Shown here: positions 9,424 through 18,672 of the stretch, piece by piece | How positions within the stretch are numbered: position 1 is the first letter of the stretch | Layout: each line of letters begins with the position of its first letter | Assembly (NCBI GenBank): GCA_964653685.1 | Contig: CAZZHA010000001.1 | Coordinates: 5,794-69,793, forward strand | Reading direction: 5' to 3' | Source: an uncultured Gammaproteobacteria bacterium | GTDB lineage: Bacteria > Patescibacteriota > Microgenomatia > PFEM01 > JAHIFH01 | DNA length: 64,000 nucleotides | Notes under the pieces: generated by a model | Told to the model about the DNA's origin: nothing | The model's database searches: none | Seen by the model: only the letters and a program-made list of their open reading frames with translations | Position numbers and translations under genes: made by a program

Positions 9424-11067
9424 TTATTCTGGAATTTTAATGTCTTTGATTTTTAATTCCAACCGCTGAAGGCCATTCCATTGATTGAGAAAAAGATTAT
9501 AGGCAAGGTCAACTGGTTGTTTGGTTGAAAGCTGAGGTAATAATTCTCCTTGACCAAAAGCAATTACCTCAAAACCATTAACTCTAAATTTAAGATGTTG
9601 ATTATCAGCCCCAACTTTTTTAAGGTTAGCAATTCTTACTTGCCGACTGGAAAAGACCGGTTGAGGATTATTCATCCCAAAAGGGGCAAATTTATTAACT
9701 TCTTGATAAAGAGCTAAGTTTAAATCAATTAACTCAACCTCTATCTCAATTTCTATTCTCGGTCCTAATTTTTTCTTGCCTAAATCTTTTTCCGCCTTTT
9801 TTATTAATCTCTGTTTAGCTTCTTCTAATTTCTCCTGACTGACATCAAAACCAGCCGCCAAACGATGACCGCCATGATCACCAATAATATCTTTCAATTC
9901 CCGAATGGCTTCAATAATATTAAACTCTTCAATTGACCGGCCCGAACCTACCCACCGATCTTTTCTAGGCGCTAAAATAATGGCTGGTCGATAAAATTCG
10001 TCTTTTAATTTACTTGCCACCAAACCAACAACACCATGCTCATAAGACTGATGATAAATAAAAATTAAAGAACTCTCACCATCTTCTTTTAACCAAAGTT
10101 CTCGAGCGTGAAGAGTAGTTTGTTTCATTAATTCCTGACGCTCACGGTTTTTCTGATCAATTTTCTGGGCTAAACTGATAGCTCGATTTTCATCATTAGT
10201 ACAAATTAAGCGAAGAGCTTCCATCGGATCATCCATCCTGCCGCTGGCATTGATTCTTGGACCAATAATAAAACCGACTTCATAGGTATCAATCTTTTTT
10301 TTATCAAGACCAGCGAATTGATAAAGAGCTAACAAACCAGCTCGCTTAGTTTTGTTAACCTGACTCAATCCGAATTTAACAATCGAGCGGTTAGGACCAA
10401 TCAAGGGGACCATATCGGTTATTGTTCCAATGGTAACTAAATCTAAACCAAGGGGTTTGGCTTTAGATTTAATTTTTTCAACCAGCCACTTAGCCAAAAA
10501 CCAGGCTACACCACAACCAGCTAATTGGGTGGTGTGGATAATGGCTTTTGCCTTAGGTTTCTTTTTTCCAGGCTGATGGTGATCAGTAATAATCACATCA
10601 ATCCCTGTTTTTTTTGCCCGAGTTACTTGACGATAAGCAACGATCCCTTGGTCAACCGTAATAATCAATTTCACTCCCTCTTTAGCCATTTGATTAATGA
10701 TACTAGCTTTCAGACCATAGCCTTCTTCTCTGCGGGGGATAAAGGGCAGGACATCTAAACCTAATTTATTGAGGGTTTCCCACATGATGGCGGTCGCGCA
10801 AACACCATCGGTATCATAATCACCGTAAACAATCACTTTCTCTTTTTTCTTAATTGCCTGCCTAATTCTCTTAAGCGCTTTATTTAATTGAACCAAGGAA
10901 ATACCAACATCTTGAGGTGTCAATTGGTAGGGATCTTTGGGATTAAGAAATTCTTTTTGTTGTTTTTTTGTTTTCAAATTACGGTTCTTAAAAAGAGCTT
11001 TAACTATTTCTTCTCTTCTTTCTTGGAGTTTGGTAGATTTGATTCTTGCTAAAACTTTCCACCTCAT
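9424..11067 (-). CDS. recJ: Single-stranded-DNA-specific exonuclease RecJ
   Basis: 547 aa. DHH-family motifs DYDTDGV and ITDHHQP, plus a DHHA1-like GGHRLAAG. Confidence 0.9.
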   Translation of the reverse strand: MRWKVLARIKSTKLQERREEIVKALFKNRNLKTKKQQKEFLNPKDPYQLTPQDVGISLVQLNKALKRIRQAIKKKEKVIVYGDYDTDGVCATAIMWETLNKLGLDVLPFIPRREEGYGLKASIINQMAKEGVKLIITVDQGIVAYRQVTRAKKTGIDVIITDHHQPGKKKPKAKAIIHTTQLAGCGVAWFLAKWLVEKIKSKAKPLGLDLVTIGTITDMVPLIGPNRSIVKFGLSQVNKTKRAGLLALYQFAGLDKKKIDTYEVGFIIGPRINASGRMDDPMEALRLICTNDENRAISLAQKIDQKNRERQELMKQTTLHARELWLKEDGESSLIFIYHQSYEHGVVGLVASKLKDEFYRPAIILAPRKDRWVGSGRSIEEFNIIEAIRELKDIIGDHGGHRLAAGFDVSQEKLEEAKQRLIKKAEKDLGKKKLGPRIEIEIEVELIDLNLALYQEVNKFAPFGMNNPQPVFSSRQVRIANLKKVGADNQHLKFRVNGFEVIAFGQGELLPQLSTKQPVDLAYNLFLNQWNGLQRLELKIKDIKIPE

Positions 11068-11090
11068 TGTGCTATCATAATAACATAGAA

Positions 11091-12500
11091 ATGAGCCAAA
11101 AACTCCCAGAAAAATTTAGTAAAAAAATTCCTAAAGAAATTTTAAATGTCTTTAAAAAATTTACAGACCAAGGTCATGAAATCTATTTGGTCGGGGCTGG
11201 CGTGAGAAGCCTACTTCAAAATAAAGTCCCAATTGACTGTGATTTCACAACCAAGGCTACCCCTAAAATCATTCAGGCTTTATTCGATGACTCTTTTTAC
11301 GATAATGCTTTTGGCACGGTTGGAATTCCTTTTAAAACAAAAAGAGGTGAAGAAGTTTATGAAATTACCACTTACCGAAAAGAATGGGGTTATTCTGATA
11401 AAAGAAGACCAGATGAAGTCAAGTGGGGTAAAAAATTAGAAGAAGACTTAGAAAGAAGAGATTTTACTTTTAATGCCATTGTCATTGGACCAATCTTAAA
11501 AAATGGCCAGTGGGATCAAAAATCTTTAGAGATGATTGACCTTTTTGACGGTCAAAAAGACTTTAAAAATAAAATTGTCAAGGCCGTAGGTAACCCGAAT
11601 AAAAGGTTTTCTGAAGACGCTCTAAGAATGATGAGGGCGATCCGTTTTGCTGCTCAACAAGGTTTTACCATTGAGAAAAAGACTTTTCAAGCGATCAAGA
11701 AAAACAATCAGCTAATCGATCAAATCAGTCAGGAAAGAGTTAGAGATGAACTGTTTAAGATTCTTACCAGCAATTATGCGGCTGATGGTTATTTAATCCT
11801 AAGAAACTCTGGCTTAGCCGAAAGAATTCTGCCTGAAGTCGAAAAAATGTTTGGGGTTAAACAAAAAAGCCCGGGTCGGCATCATATTGATGATGTTGGT
11901 ACCCATGCTATCAAATCTCTTAAGGCCAGTAAATCCAGAGACCCAGTTGTTAACCTGGCAATTCTTATTCATGATGTTGGCAAGCCATTAGTAGCTGACA
12001 AAGATAAAAAAGGAACTATTACTTTCTACAATCATGAAATGGTTGGCACTCATTTAGCCCGAAACATTGCCCGAAGACTAAGATTTTCTAAAAAGAATGA
12101 AAATAGGTTGATTACCCTAGTCCGTTGGCACCAATTTAGTGTTGATGAAAGACAAACCGATAAAGCGATCAGGCGTTTTATCAGGAATGTTGGCAAGGAA
12201 AATTTAACCGATATGCTTGAATTAAGACGAGCAGATCGAGTTGGCGGTGGCGCCAGAGAAACCTCTTGGCGCTTTGAAAGATTTAAGAAAAAATTAGTTG
12301 TGGTCCAAAAACAACCTTTCTCCATTACTGATCTCAAGGTCAATGGTCAAGACGTTATGAAAATTCTGGGAATTCGTCCTGGACCAGTTGTGGGCAGGAT
12401 TTTAAACCAATTATTTGAAGAGGTTGAAGAGGATAAAAGTAAAAACAAGCGAACTTATCTTCTCAAAAGAATCAAACAGCTTGGAAAAAAACTAGTTTGA
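11091..12500 (+). CDS. cca: CCA-adding tRNA nucleotidyltransferase with HD domain
   Basis: Pol-beta NTase head (LVGAGVRSLL, DCDFTT) and HD motif (LIHDVGKP). The ORF-track start at 11046 overlaps recJ. The ATG at 11091 (MSQKLPEKF) is the more likely start. Confidence 0.85.
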   Translation: MSQKLPEKFSKKIPKEILNVFKKFTDQGHEIYLVGAGVRSLLQNKVPIDCDFTTKATPKIIQALFDDSFYDNAFGTVGIPFKTKRGEEVYEITTYRKEWGYSDKRRPDEVKWGKKLEEDLERRDFTFNAIVIGPILKNGQWDQKSLEMIDLFDGQKDFKNKIVKAVGNPNKRFSEDALRMMRAIRFAAQQGFTIEKKTFQAIKKNNQLIDQISQERVRDELFKILTSNYAADGYLILRNSGLAERILPEVEKMFGVKQKSPGRHHIDDVGTHAIKSLKASKSRDPVVNLAILIHDVGKPLVADKDKKGTITFYNHEMVGTHLARNIARRLRFSKKNENRLITLVRWHQFSVDERQTDKAIRRFIRNVGKENLTDMLELRRADRVGGGARETSWRFERFKKKLVVVQKQPFSITDLKVNGQDVMKILGIRPGPVVGRILNQLFEEVEEDKSKNKRTYLLKRIKQLGKKLV

Positions 12501-12826
12501 ACAACTCCAAAATGCTCCCAACGAAAAAATTTATTAAAAAAACTGAAGATTTTATCTGTGATGTTTGTGGCTTTAAAATAAAAGGCACTGGTTACACTGA
12601 TCATTGTCCTAATTGTCTTTTCAGTAAACATGTTGATTTTAATCCTGGAGACAGGCAAGCAACTTGCCATGGTTTAATGAAACCAATTGGTATGACTCAA
12701 AAAAAAGGTAAACAGCAAATTCTCTATCGCTGTCAAAAGTGTGGTTATCAAAGGTTCAATAAGGTCTCACTAGAAGATAATCAAGAAAAGCTTCTTGAAA
12801 TTTCCTCGTTCCCTATTAAAGAATAA
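12497..12826 (+). CDS. RNHCP-domain zinc-ribbon protein
   Basis: FICDVCGF..YTDHCPNCLFSKHVD..YRCQKCGY matches the RNHCP family pattern. TTG at 12497 overlaps the cca stop; an alternative ATG lies at 12512. Confidence 0.75.
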   Translation: MNNSKMLPTKKFIKKTEDFICDVCGFKIKGTGYTDHCPNCLFSKHVDFNPGDRQATCHGLMKPIGMTQKKGKQQILYRCQKCGYQRFNKVSLEDNQEKLLEISSFPIKE

Positions 12827-12828
12827 AT

Positions 12829-13701
12829 TCACTTTCTTTTGGCAAATTTTTCCCAAATAATTAATAGTGGTGCGGCCGTAAAAGTGGAAGAATAAGTTCC
12901 AGAAATGGTGCCAATCAATAGAGCCGCCACAAACCACCTGATCGTCGTCCCGCCTAGCAAGAGCAAAGCAATTAACATAAAAATAATGGTCATCGAGTTA
13001 TTGACTGATCGACTCAGAGTTTCGGTCACTGCCTTATTAATTATTTCTCTAAAAGGCGTTCTTGGTAATAATTTTTGTGATTCTCTAATTCGATCATAAA
13101 CAACAATCGTATCGTGAACCGAAAAAGAAAGAATGGTTAACATGGCCGTCACAAATAAGGTGTCTATCTCAACTCCCAAGAAATGGCCTAATAAAGAAAA
13201 ACTGCCAAGGAGAATAAAAGTATCGTGGAACATCGCTAAAATGGCACAGACGCCAAATTTAAGATCCTTAAACCGCCAAGCCACATAAGTAAGAATAAAA
13301 CCAGCCGCTAAAATGATGGCCCAAATTGTTTTCCTAACTAATTCTTTGCCTAAAGTCGGTCCAACCGTTTCAAAGCGAATCTCTTCTGATTCTTGATTAA
13401 ATTTTTCATTGATAGCTGATTGAATTTCCTCGGCTTGGTTTTTTTCAATTGGCTGGAGACGGATTAAAATTTGATTTTCACCTGATTTTTGAACCGCCGA
13501 AACCTCAAAGTTCCTCTCAATCAGTAATTGATCAACCTCTTTAGGGTTTAATTCTTGCTGGGTCTTCAACTCCAATAAACTACCACCCGTAAAGTCAATC
13601 GCTGGTTTTAAGCCAAACAAAAACAGAGAAACAATCCCTGGGACTAAAATCAAGGCCGATAAGGCAAAGTAGAGCCATTTATATTTCATCCAATCAATCA
13701 T
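12829..13701 (-). CDS. secF: Protein translocase subunit SecF
   Basis: 290 aa multi-TM protein with typical SecF C-terminal TM block. The ATG overlaps the secD TGA (ATGA). Confidence 0.92.
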   Translation of the reverse strand: MIDWMKYKWLYFALSALILVPGIVSLFLFGLKPAIDFTGGSLLELKTQQELNPKEVDQLLIERNFEVSAVQKSGENQILIRLQPIEKNQAEEIQSAINEKFNQESEEIRFETVGPTLGKELVRKTIWAIILAAGFILTYVAWRFKDLKFGVCAILAMFHDTFILLGSFSLLGHFLGVEIDTLFVTAMLTILSFSVHDTIVVYDRIRESQKLLPRTPFREIINKAVTETLSRSVNNSMTIIFMLIALLLLGGTTIRWFVAALLIGTISGTYSSTFTAAPLLIIWEKFAKRK

Positions 13702-15044
13702 TGTGTCTCCTTCCCGGAAAAGGTCCTTAAAATTGTTCGGGTAACCACCACTCCGGTAAACAAACTTAATAAAACTCCCAGACCTAGAGTTAAAGCAAAA
13801 CCACGCACCATGCCCGAGGTATTAAGGAAAGACCAACTAAAAGGATTAAAAAGAATAAAGCAGGTGATTAAGGTAGCCACATTGGCATCCCGAATCGAAT
13901 CCCAAGCCCGGCCAAAACCTAATTCCATGGCCAATGATTTTGATTTACCGGTTCTAATCTCCTCTTTCATTCTCTCAAAAACCAAGATATTGGCATCAAC
14001 CGCCATCCCCACAGAAAGAATGAAACCCGCAATTCCTGGTAAAGTCAAAGTCACGGGAATTAATTTGTAAAACATTAAGGTAATCAAACCATAAATAATC
14101 AAACCAACATTAGCTAAGATGCCTAAGCGGCCATAATAGGCCGCCATAAACAAAATTACCATCAACAAGCCAATTAAGCCTGCCTGAACGCTCTTTTTGA
14201 CTGACTCGGCGCCCAAAGTTGCCCCGACATTTCTCTGCTCAACAATTTTAATGGGGATCGGTAAAGCCCCGGCGTTAAGTTGAGTTGCCAGTAATTTTGC
14301 CTCTTCAGTGGTAAATTCACCACTAATCACCGCTTTACCAGTGGTAATTTTTTCTCTGACCAAGGGAATGGTTACCGGGACCTCATCAAGAAAAATGGCC
14401 ACGGGTTTCCCCACATTCCTACTGGTTATCTCTCCGAACTTTCTTGCTCCCTCATCGCTAAACTCCAAACCAACCACGGGTTCACCCGTATTAGGATCAA
14501 ATTGAACTTGACTTTTATTCAAATCTGCTCCGGTTAAATCTGTTTCTTGATAATCATCAAGGGTAGCCGCGGCCGTGGCTTCAGGACTTAAATCCCGAAA
14601 ATCAAGTTGAGCTGTCTGGCCGATTAAATCAACGGCTTGGTTAACATCAGTCACCCCAGGTAGTTCAACAATTAAACGATAGTTATCCCCTAATTTTGAA
14701 GTCTGAACTAAAGCTTCAGCCAAGCCAAACAAATTAATTCTTCTTTCAATATTCTCTCTAGCCGCCGCCAAAGCGGTCTCTCGATTATCTTCGCCAATAT
14801 CACTCATCTCCGCTTGAAAAACTAAATGGCTACCACCAGCTAAATCAATTCCTTGTTTAATTTCTAAATCACGGAAAAATTTAAATTTACCAATCTGAAA
14901 ATTTAGGATTGGTCTGGTAAGTTCTTGATCTATTTTAAAACCATTAAAATTAAACTTTAAGGGAATTCTCGTGGGTAAATCAATAAAAATCGCTATCACG
15001 GTCAGCAGAATAATCAACCAGAGCAGATAACGGCGATCTTTCAT
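13698..15044 (-). CDS. secD: Protein translocase subunit SecD
   Basis: 448 aa. N-terminal TM, periplasmic domain and a C-terminal 5-TM block (GIAGFILSVGMAVDANILVFERMKEE). Confidence 0.92.
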   Translation of the reverse strand: MKDRRYLLWLIILLTVIAIFIDLPTRIPLKFNFNGFKIDQELTRPILNFQIGKFKFFRDLEIKQGIDLAGGSHLVFQAEMSDIGEDNRETALAAARENIERRINLFGLAEALVQTSKLGDNYRLIVELPGVTDVNQAVDLIGQTAQLDFRDLSPEATAAATLDDYQETDLTGADLNKSQVQFDPNTGEPVVGLEFSDEGARKFGEITSRNVGKPVAIFLDEVPVTIPLVREKITTGKAVISGEFTTEEAKLLATQLNAGALPIPIKIVEQRNVGATLGAESVKKSVQAGLIGLLMVILFMAAYYGRLGILANVGLIIYGLITLMFYKLIPVTLTLPGIAGFILSVGMAVDANILVFERMKEEIRTGKSKSLAMELGFGRAWDSIRDANVATLITCFILFNPFSWSFLNTSGMVRGFALTLGLGVLLSLFTGVVVTRTILRTFSGKETQ

Positions 15045-15244
15045 TTCTTAACTCTTCTCCTCTTAGTCAAAGAAACTAAAGGTAGTTGGCGAGTGCCACT
15101 AAAAGAATAAGTAACCTTGCCGGTTTCTGGTTCAACTTTAACCTGAACCGTCTGGCCAGCTTTAACCCCCACATTTCTAACAAAATCTGAGGGAATGGTC
15201 ACTGCCAAACTGTTACCGGTTTTAATAATTTTTTGTTTTCCCAC
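15041..15244 (-). CDS. AbrB/MazE/SpoVT-fold small DNA-binding protein
   Basis: 67 aa. IIKTGNSLAVTIPSDFVRNVGVKAGQTVQV is a swapped-hairpin AbrB-type motif. GTG start. Its stop overlaps the secD ATG (ATGA). Confidence 0.75.
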   Translation of the reverse strand: MGKQKIIKTGNSLAVTIPSDFVRNVGVKAGQTVQVKVEPETGKVTYSFSGTRQLPLVSLTKRRRVKK

Positions 15245-15834
15245 TATTCTTCTCCGTATTTGGCCACTAAGTTTTCTTGGTCACCAATAATCATCACTCT
15301 TGAACCCAAAAGGATACTCTGTAGAAAGGGGTCTCGCCTTTTCTTGCGAAAATTAAATTCATCTTTAGTCATCACCGTGTAATTAATTTCTCTGTTTAAT
15401 TTCGCTTCTTCAACTCGAACTAATTTAACCAAAGTCTGCATATCAATTTCACCGACAATTAAGAGATCAACCCCACCTTCTTCGATAGGCAAACGACGGG
15501 CAAAACGACCGGAGAACATCACTAATTTAATTCTGCCCAACTTTGATTTATTCTTGATTATTTCTTTGCCTAAACCAGTGGTTTTGTTAACCATCGTTAG
15601 CAACTCCTCATAAAGAGGATATTCGCGGTTAAAAAAGTAATAAAGGCGGTTACCCCGAGATTCTTTCTTGGCCATACCGGCTTTTTCCATCCGGGCTAAT
15701 TCTCGCCGCACGGCATTAATCTCTTCATTAATCTTTCTCACTAATTGGCGGACGTAGAAAATCTCATCAGGCTGATAAAGAAAGGTCTGAAGAAGTTTGA
15801 CCCGGACTTTGGAAACCATTAAATCTTTAAGCAT
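15244..15834 (-). CDS. Winged-helix transcriptional regulator with a C-terminal nucleotidyltransferase-like domain
   Basis: 196 aa. N-terminal wHTH (KVRVKLLQTFLYQPDEIFYVRQLVRKINEEINAVRRELARMEKAG). The C-terminal half (GGVDLLIVGEID) resembles a minimal NTase fold. Confidence 0.65.
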   Translation of the reverse strand: MLKDLMVSKVRVKLLQTFLYQPDEIFYVRQLVRKINEEINAVRRELARMEKAGMAKKESRGNRLYYFFNREYPLYEELLTMVNKTTGLGKEIIKNKSKLGRIKLVMFSGRFARRLPIEEGGVDLLIVGEIDMQTLVKLVRVEEAKLNREINYTVMTKDEFNFRKKRRDPFLQSILLGSRVMIIGDQENLVAKYGEE

Positions 15835-15854
15835 GGTGCCTCCGGGCAGGTTTT

Positions 15855-17015
15855 TTAATAACTAACTTCGTTGCCAACTGGAAGAGTCTCAATCCAGATA
15901 GGACCACGATTGAATTTAATCTCTTCTCCTCGAGTATCTTTGAAAATCGTCCTTGCCTGGCGATTGGCTTTGTTCCAGGTCGCTTGGATGACCTGCCCAT
16001 CTTGAAAAACCAAGGCCTTGCCTGTACCAATGGTCGTATAGAGTAAATGCTTCAACTCATCAATCGGGCCTTTTTCAATCATAAACTGAACAACGACCAC
16101 TTTAGCGATTAACTGCTTATCATAATCCAAATCCTTATGTTCCTGACCGCCGTTAAAACGAAGATATTGATTATTCCCTTGATCATATTGCCAATTGACT
16201 CCATACTCTTGCTGACCACCCCAAAAACTAAACTCAATCTTATTAACATCGCCTTTATCCTGAGCGTCGTCTTTAAATTCCCAAGACTGCCAGTCCTTGT
16301 CCCATTGATTACCTTCATCATCTTTAGCATCAAGACCTCGATCATGAGCGATCGCATAAAGTTTGTCAGCGGTGGAATACATTGTGTGTTCGGTGGCCAC
16401 CGGTCGTCCTAGACGTTCATAATCACGCCAAAAAGTAGGAAAACCAAGAGAAAATTGATTCATGTCATTACCCTTAGCTAGCCAACCATAATCACCAATT
16501 TGGCCTAAAGCATTGGCCAGACCTGGTTTGTTAGCCCCACCAACATGAACATAAAGAGGATAGTCACCATATTCTGAAGCAAAATCCATAAAGTAAGTCC
16601 GAGCTGAACGAACTGGTCCAATGATAAAATCTTCAGCCACTGCCCCGCAATAGTAAACGGCTAAGAAGCGGGTAATCCCTCCCTCGGCTACGGCTTCGTA
16701 AACAACATCAGCTTTAGAAAGACCAGATTGAGGCCGAGAATCAGCATGATTCTCAATCATCACCGTTAAAGGTCGTCGACCTTCCCAAATTCCCTTTTCT
16801 CCTTTAGTGAATAGCTGACCATTAAGAGGACAAGCTTCTGTCTTGGGCGCGGTTAAGTCAACCCTTGATCTGGCTTCATCGACAGCCAAAGGTGAAATCA
16901 TACTAGGAGCAGGGCTGACAATAAAACGAAAGGCAGCGTAAGAAACTCCTGTTGAAGCTAAATATAAAAGAAGGCCACCAATGATTATTGTTAATTTCTT
17001 TTTATTTAAGCTCAT
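15855..17015 (-). CDS. DUF3048 (YerB-like) secreted protein
   Basis: 386 aa. Signal/TM, then RPLTVMIENHADSRPQSGLSKADVVYEAVAEGGITRFLAVY, characteristic of DUF3048. Confidence 0.8.
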   Translation of the reverse strand: MSLNKKKLTIIIGGLLLYLASTGVSYAAFRFIVSPAPSMISPLAVDEARSRVDLTAPKTEACPLNGQLFTKGEKGIWEGRRPLTVMIENHADSRPQSGLSKADVVYEAVAEGGITRFLAVYYCGAVAEDFIIGPVRSARTYFMDFASEYGDYPLYVHVGGANKPGLANALGQIGDYGWLAKGNDMNQFSLGFPTFWRDYERLGRPVATEHTMYSTADKLYAIAHDRGLDAKDDEGNQWDKDWQSWEFKDDAQDKGDVNKIEFSFWGGQQEYGVNWQYDQGNNQYLRFNGGQEHKDLDYDKQLIAKVVVVQFMIEKGPIDELKHLLYTTIGTGKALVFQDGQVIQATWNKANRQARTIFKDTRGEEIKFNRGPIWIETLPVGNEVSY

Positions 17016-17485
17016 CTTATTCTCTTGGCTTTTTTAATTGCTTGTTTTTCCTCGGCCGATAAGTCATAACCAGCTGCCTTACTCTTTTTAACTGGCTTGG
17101 CATAAATTCTGGTAGTATCCCGACTGTGCAAACTTGAAATAACCAAGCCATTACCTCGGCCATCTAATAATGATAAACAAAAACTTTGGTCTCCGCCAGT
17201 CTCTGCAAAAGGATTATAGCGTACTAAACCAACTTTTTGAATATTATACAAGTTATTCTTTTCCAATTCTTCTGCCATTTTAACTAGTTTATCAATTTCT
17301 TTGGTTTGTTTGTCGAAATCTTTAAGTAATTTCTCTAAAACGCTCTTCAAATCTTTTTTAGTGATTCCTTTAGTCAACTTCCATAAAGGCGATAAAAACT
17401 TGTAAAAAAGAAAACTCAAGGCAATCAGCCAAACAAAAATGATACCTATTAAAACAATAAGGAGTTGATCAAAATTGAGTAACAT
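17012..17485 (-). CDS. DUF4446 family membrane-anchored protein
   Basis: 157 aa. N-terminal TM, coiled segment, and YNPFAETGGDQSFCLSLLDGRGNGLVISSLHSRD, typical of DUF4446. Confidence 0.78.
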   Translation of the reverse strand: MLLNFDQLLIVLIGIIFVWLIALSFLFYKFLSPLWKLTKGITKKDLKSVLEKLLKDFDKQTKEIDKLVKMAEELEKNNLYNIQKVGLVRYNPFAETGGDQSFCLSLLDGRGNGLVISSLHSRDTTRIYAKPVKKSKAAGYDLSAEEKQAIKKAKRIR

Positions 17486-17503
17486 TCTTACCTTATCAAC
17501 TTG

Positions 17504-17532
17504 ATTTTAAACAGGTTCAATGTTATTGTCAA
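17504..17532 (-). promoter_or_regulatory. Sigma-70-type promoter for the operon DUF4446-DUF3048-wHTH-AbrB-secD-secF
   Basis: Minus strand reads TTGACA (17532-17527), a 17-nt spacer and TAAAAT (17509-17504). The ATG at 17485 is 18 nt downstream. Confidence 0.6.
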
Positions 17533-17541
17533 TCTAAGAAA

Positions 17542-17832
17542 ATGGCCAAAAAACGGAAAACCAGACAAGAAAAGATTATTCTCCAGTTAAAAAGAGAGCT
17601 AGCAAAAAAAAGTCAAGTCCCAGCTTCAAAAAACACAGAACCCGAACCTAGTCAAGAGGCAATTTCTCAACCCAAAAAAATCAAGGTTGAAAAAAAGCTT
17701 TCCCTGAAAAAGACCGATATTTCTATCCTTTCTTCTGAACCAAGCCTAATCAGGCACGACCTAGTTAAAACCCTGATTTTAAGCTTGGCTGTTATTAGCC
17801 TTGAATTCGTGTTATACTTAGCCTTAAGGTAG
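17542..17832 (+). CDS. Hypothetical Lys-rich protein with a C-terminal TM helix
   Basis: 96 aa with no recognisable domain. C-terminal hydrophobic segment LILSLAVISLEFVLYLAL. Confidence 0.5.
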   Translation: MAKKRKTRQEKIILQLKRELAKKSQVPASKNTEPEPSQEAISQPKKIKVEKKLSLKKTDISILSSEPSLIRHDLVKTLILSLAVISLEFVLYLALR

Positions 17833-17901
17833 GCTTGAAAATTTCTCCTGCCCGAAAATAAAAAAATATTTAACTTAATTGAGAGGAGGTGAAAAGAATC
17901 T

Positions 17902-18042
17902 ATGGCAGACTTTTATTGTGTGAAGTGTCGCGCTAAAAGAAATGGCAAAGACGTTCAGAAAGTGACGATGAAGAACGGCAAACCAGCCCGAAAGGCAGTT
18001 TGTGAGGTATGCGGCACAACTATGTTCAGAATTGGAGGCTAA
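17902..18042 (+). CDS. Small zinc-ribbon protein (DUF5679-like), missing from the ORF track
   Basis: Own translation gives MADFYCVKCRAKRNGKDVQKVTMKNGKPARKAVCEVCGTTMFRIGG (46 aa). Two CxxC pairs. Strong SD GAGGAGGTGA 9-12 nt upstream, and a terminator follows. Confidence 0.8.
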   Translation: MADFYCVKCRAKRNGKDVQKVTMKNGKPARKAVCEVCGTTMFRIGG

Positions 18043-18070
18043 GCCTTCTCTCTGAAAAGTTGTAACTTTT

Positions 18071-18102
18071 AAAACCCAGCTCCTCTTGGGGTTGGGTTTT
18101 TT
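18071..18102 (+). terminator. Rho-independent terminator after the small zinc-ribbon gene
   Basis: AAAACCCA (18071-18078) pairs with TGGGTTTT (18093-18100), followed by more T. Confidence 0.55.
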
Positions 18103-18204
18103 AGTTAAAAATTTTTTCTTGTTCTCTATAAACAATTCTGTTATGTTGTTTTAATAGCAGAAAATATTGAACCCGTTGGTCTTAACAATCTCAAGGGTTG
18201 TCCC

Positions 18205-18624
18205 CTAATCTTTCTGAAGTTTAGTTAATTCTTTCCTTAGTCTTGTCATTTCCTTGGCTAAATTTTTTTGGACTTGTTTAATTTCCGTTAATTGTCTATC
18301 AGCTTTCTCATTAAGTTTAATATCATGTTCTATTCTCTTTCTGTCCCGTTTTCTTTGTCTAGTTTCTTGCAAATCTCTTTTCATTTCCGCTTTATTAGCG
18401 GACATTAAAAGAAAGATGCCAATGAAAATTGCTTCCAAAGAAACACTAAAAGTTAATAGATTAACATCAAAATTAAGAATCAACCAAAGACTGAACCAAA
18501 GAGTATGAAAGATAACGGCCCACCAACTACCCAAAAACCAAGAAACAAAATCAGTAAATTTTTCCATTAAACTTTTAGTTTTTTTGGGAATTTTAGTAGT
18601 TTTAATTAAAGGTTCAACCGGCAT
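18205..18624 (-). CDS. DUF1003 family membrane protein
   Basis: 139 aa. Two TM helices (GSWWAVIFHTLWFSLWLILN, SLEAIFIGIFLLMSANK) and a charged coiled C-terminus. Confidence 0.75.
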   Translation of the reverse strand: MPVEPLIKTTKIPKKTKSLMEKFTDFVSWFLGSWWAVIFHTLWFSLWLILNFDVNLLTFSVSLEAIFIGIFLLMSANKAEMKRDLQETRQRKRDRKRIEHDIKLNEKADRQLTEIKQVQKNLAKEMTRLRKELTKLQKD

Positions 18625-18672
18625 GAGTCTACCCTATTATACTAAAGAAAAAAATAAGTGAATTCAACTTTT

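Noticed and set aside
13698-13701. Possible alternative genetic code (UGA recoded), as in some CPR lineages.
   Set aside because: TGA terminates secD at the expected length and overlaps the secF ATG, and the same holds for the AbrB-like gene and secD. No conserved gene shows in-frame TGA interruptions. Standard code 11 fits.
15827-16030. A 67-aa minus-strand ORF overlapping the 3' end of the DUF3048 gene, and similar nested ORFs (4118-4339, 32595-32879, 62273-62530).
   Set aside because: They are out-of-frame overlaps within well-supported genes, with no independent signals.
17875-18135. An 86-aa minus-strand ORF from the track.
   Set aside because: The opposite strand holds a small zinc-ribbon gene with a strong SD and a terminator. 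The minus-strand frame has no signals and a nonsensical composition.
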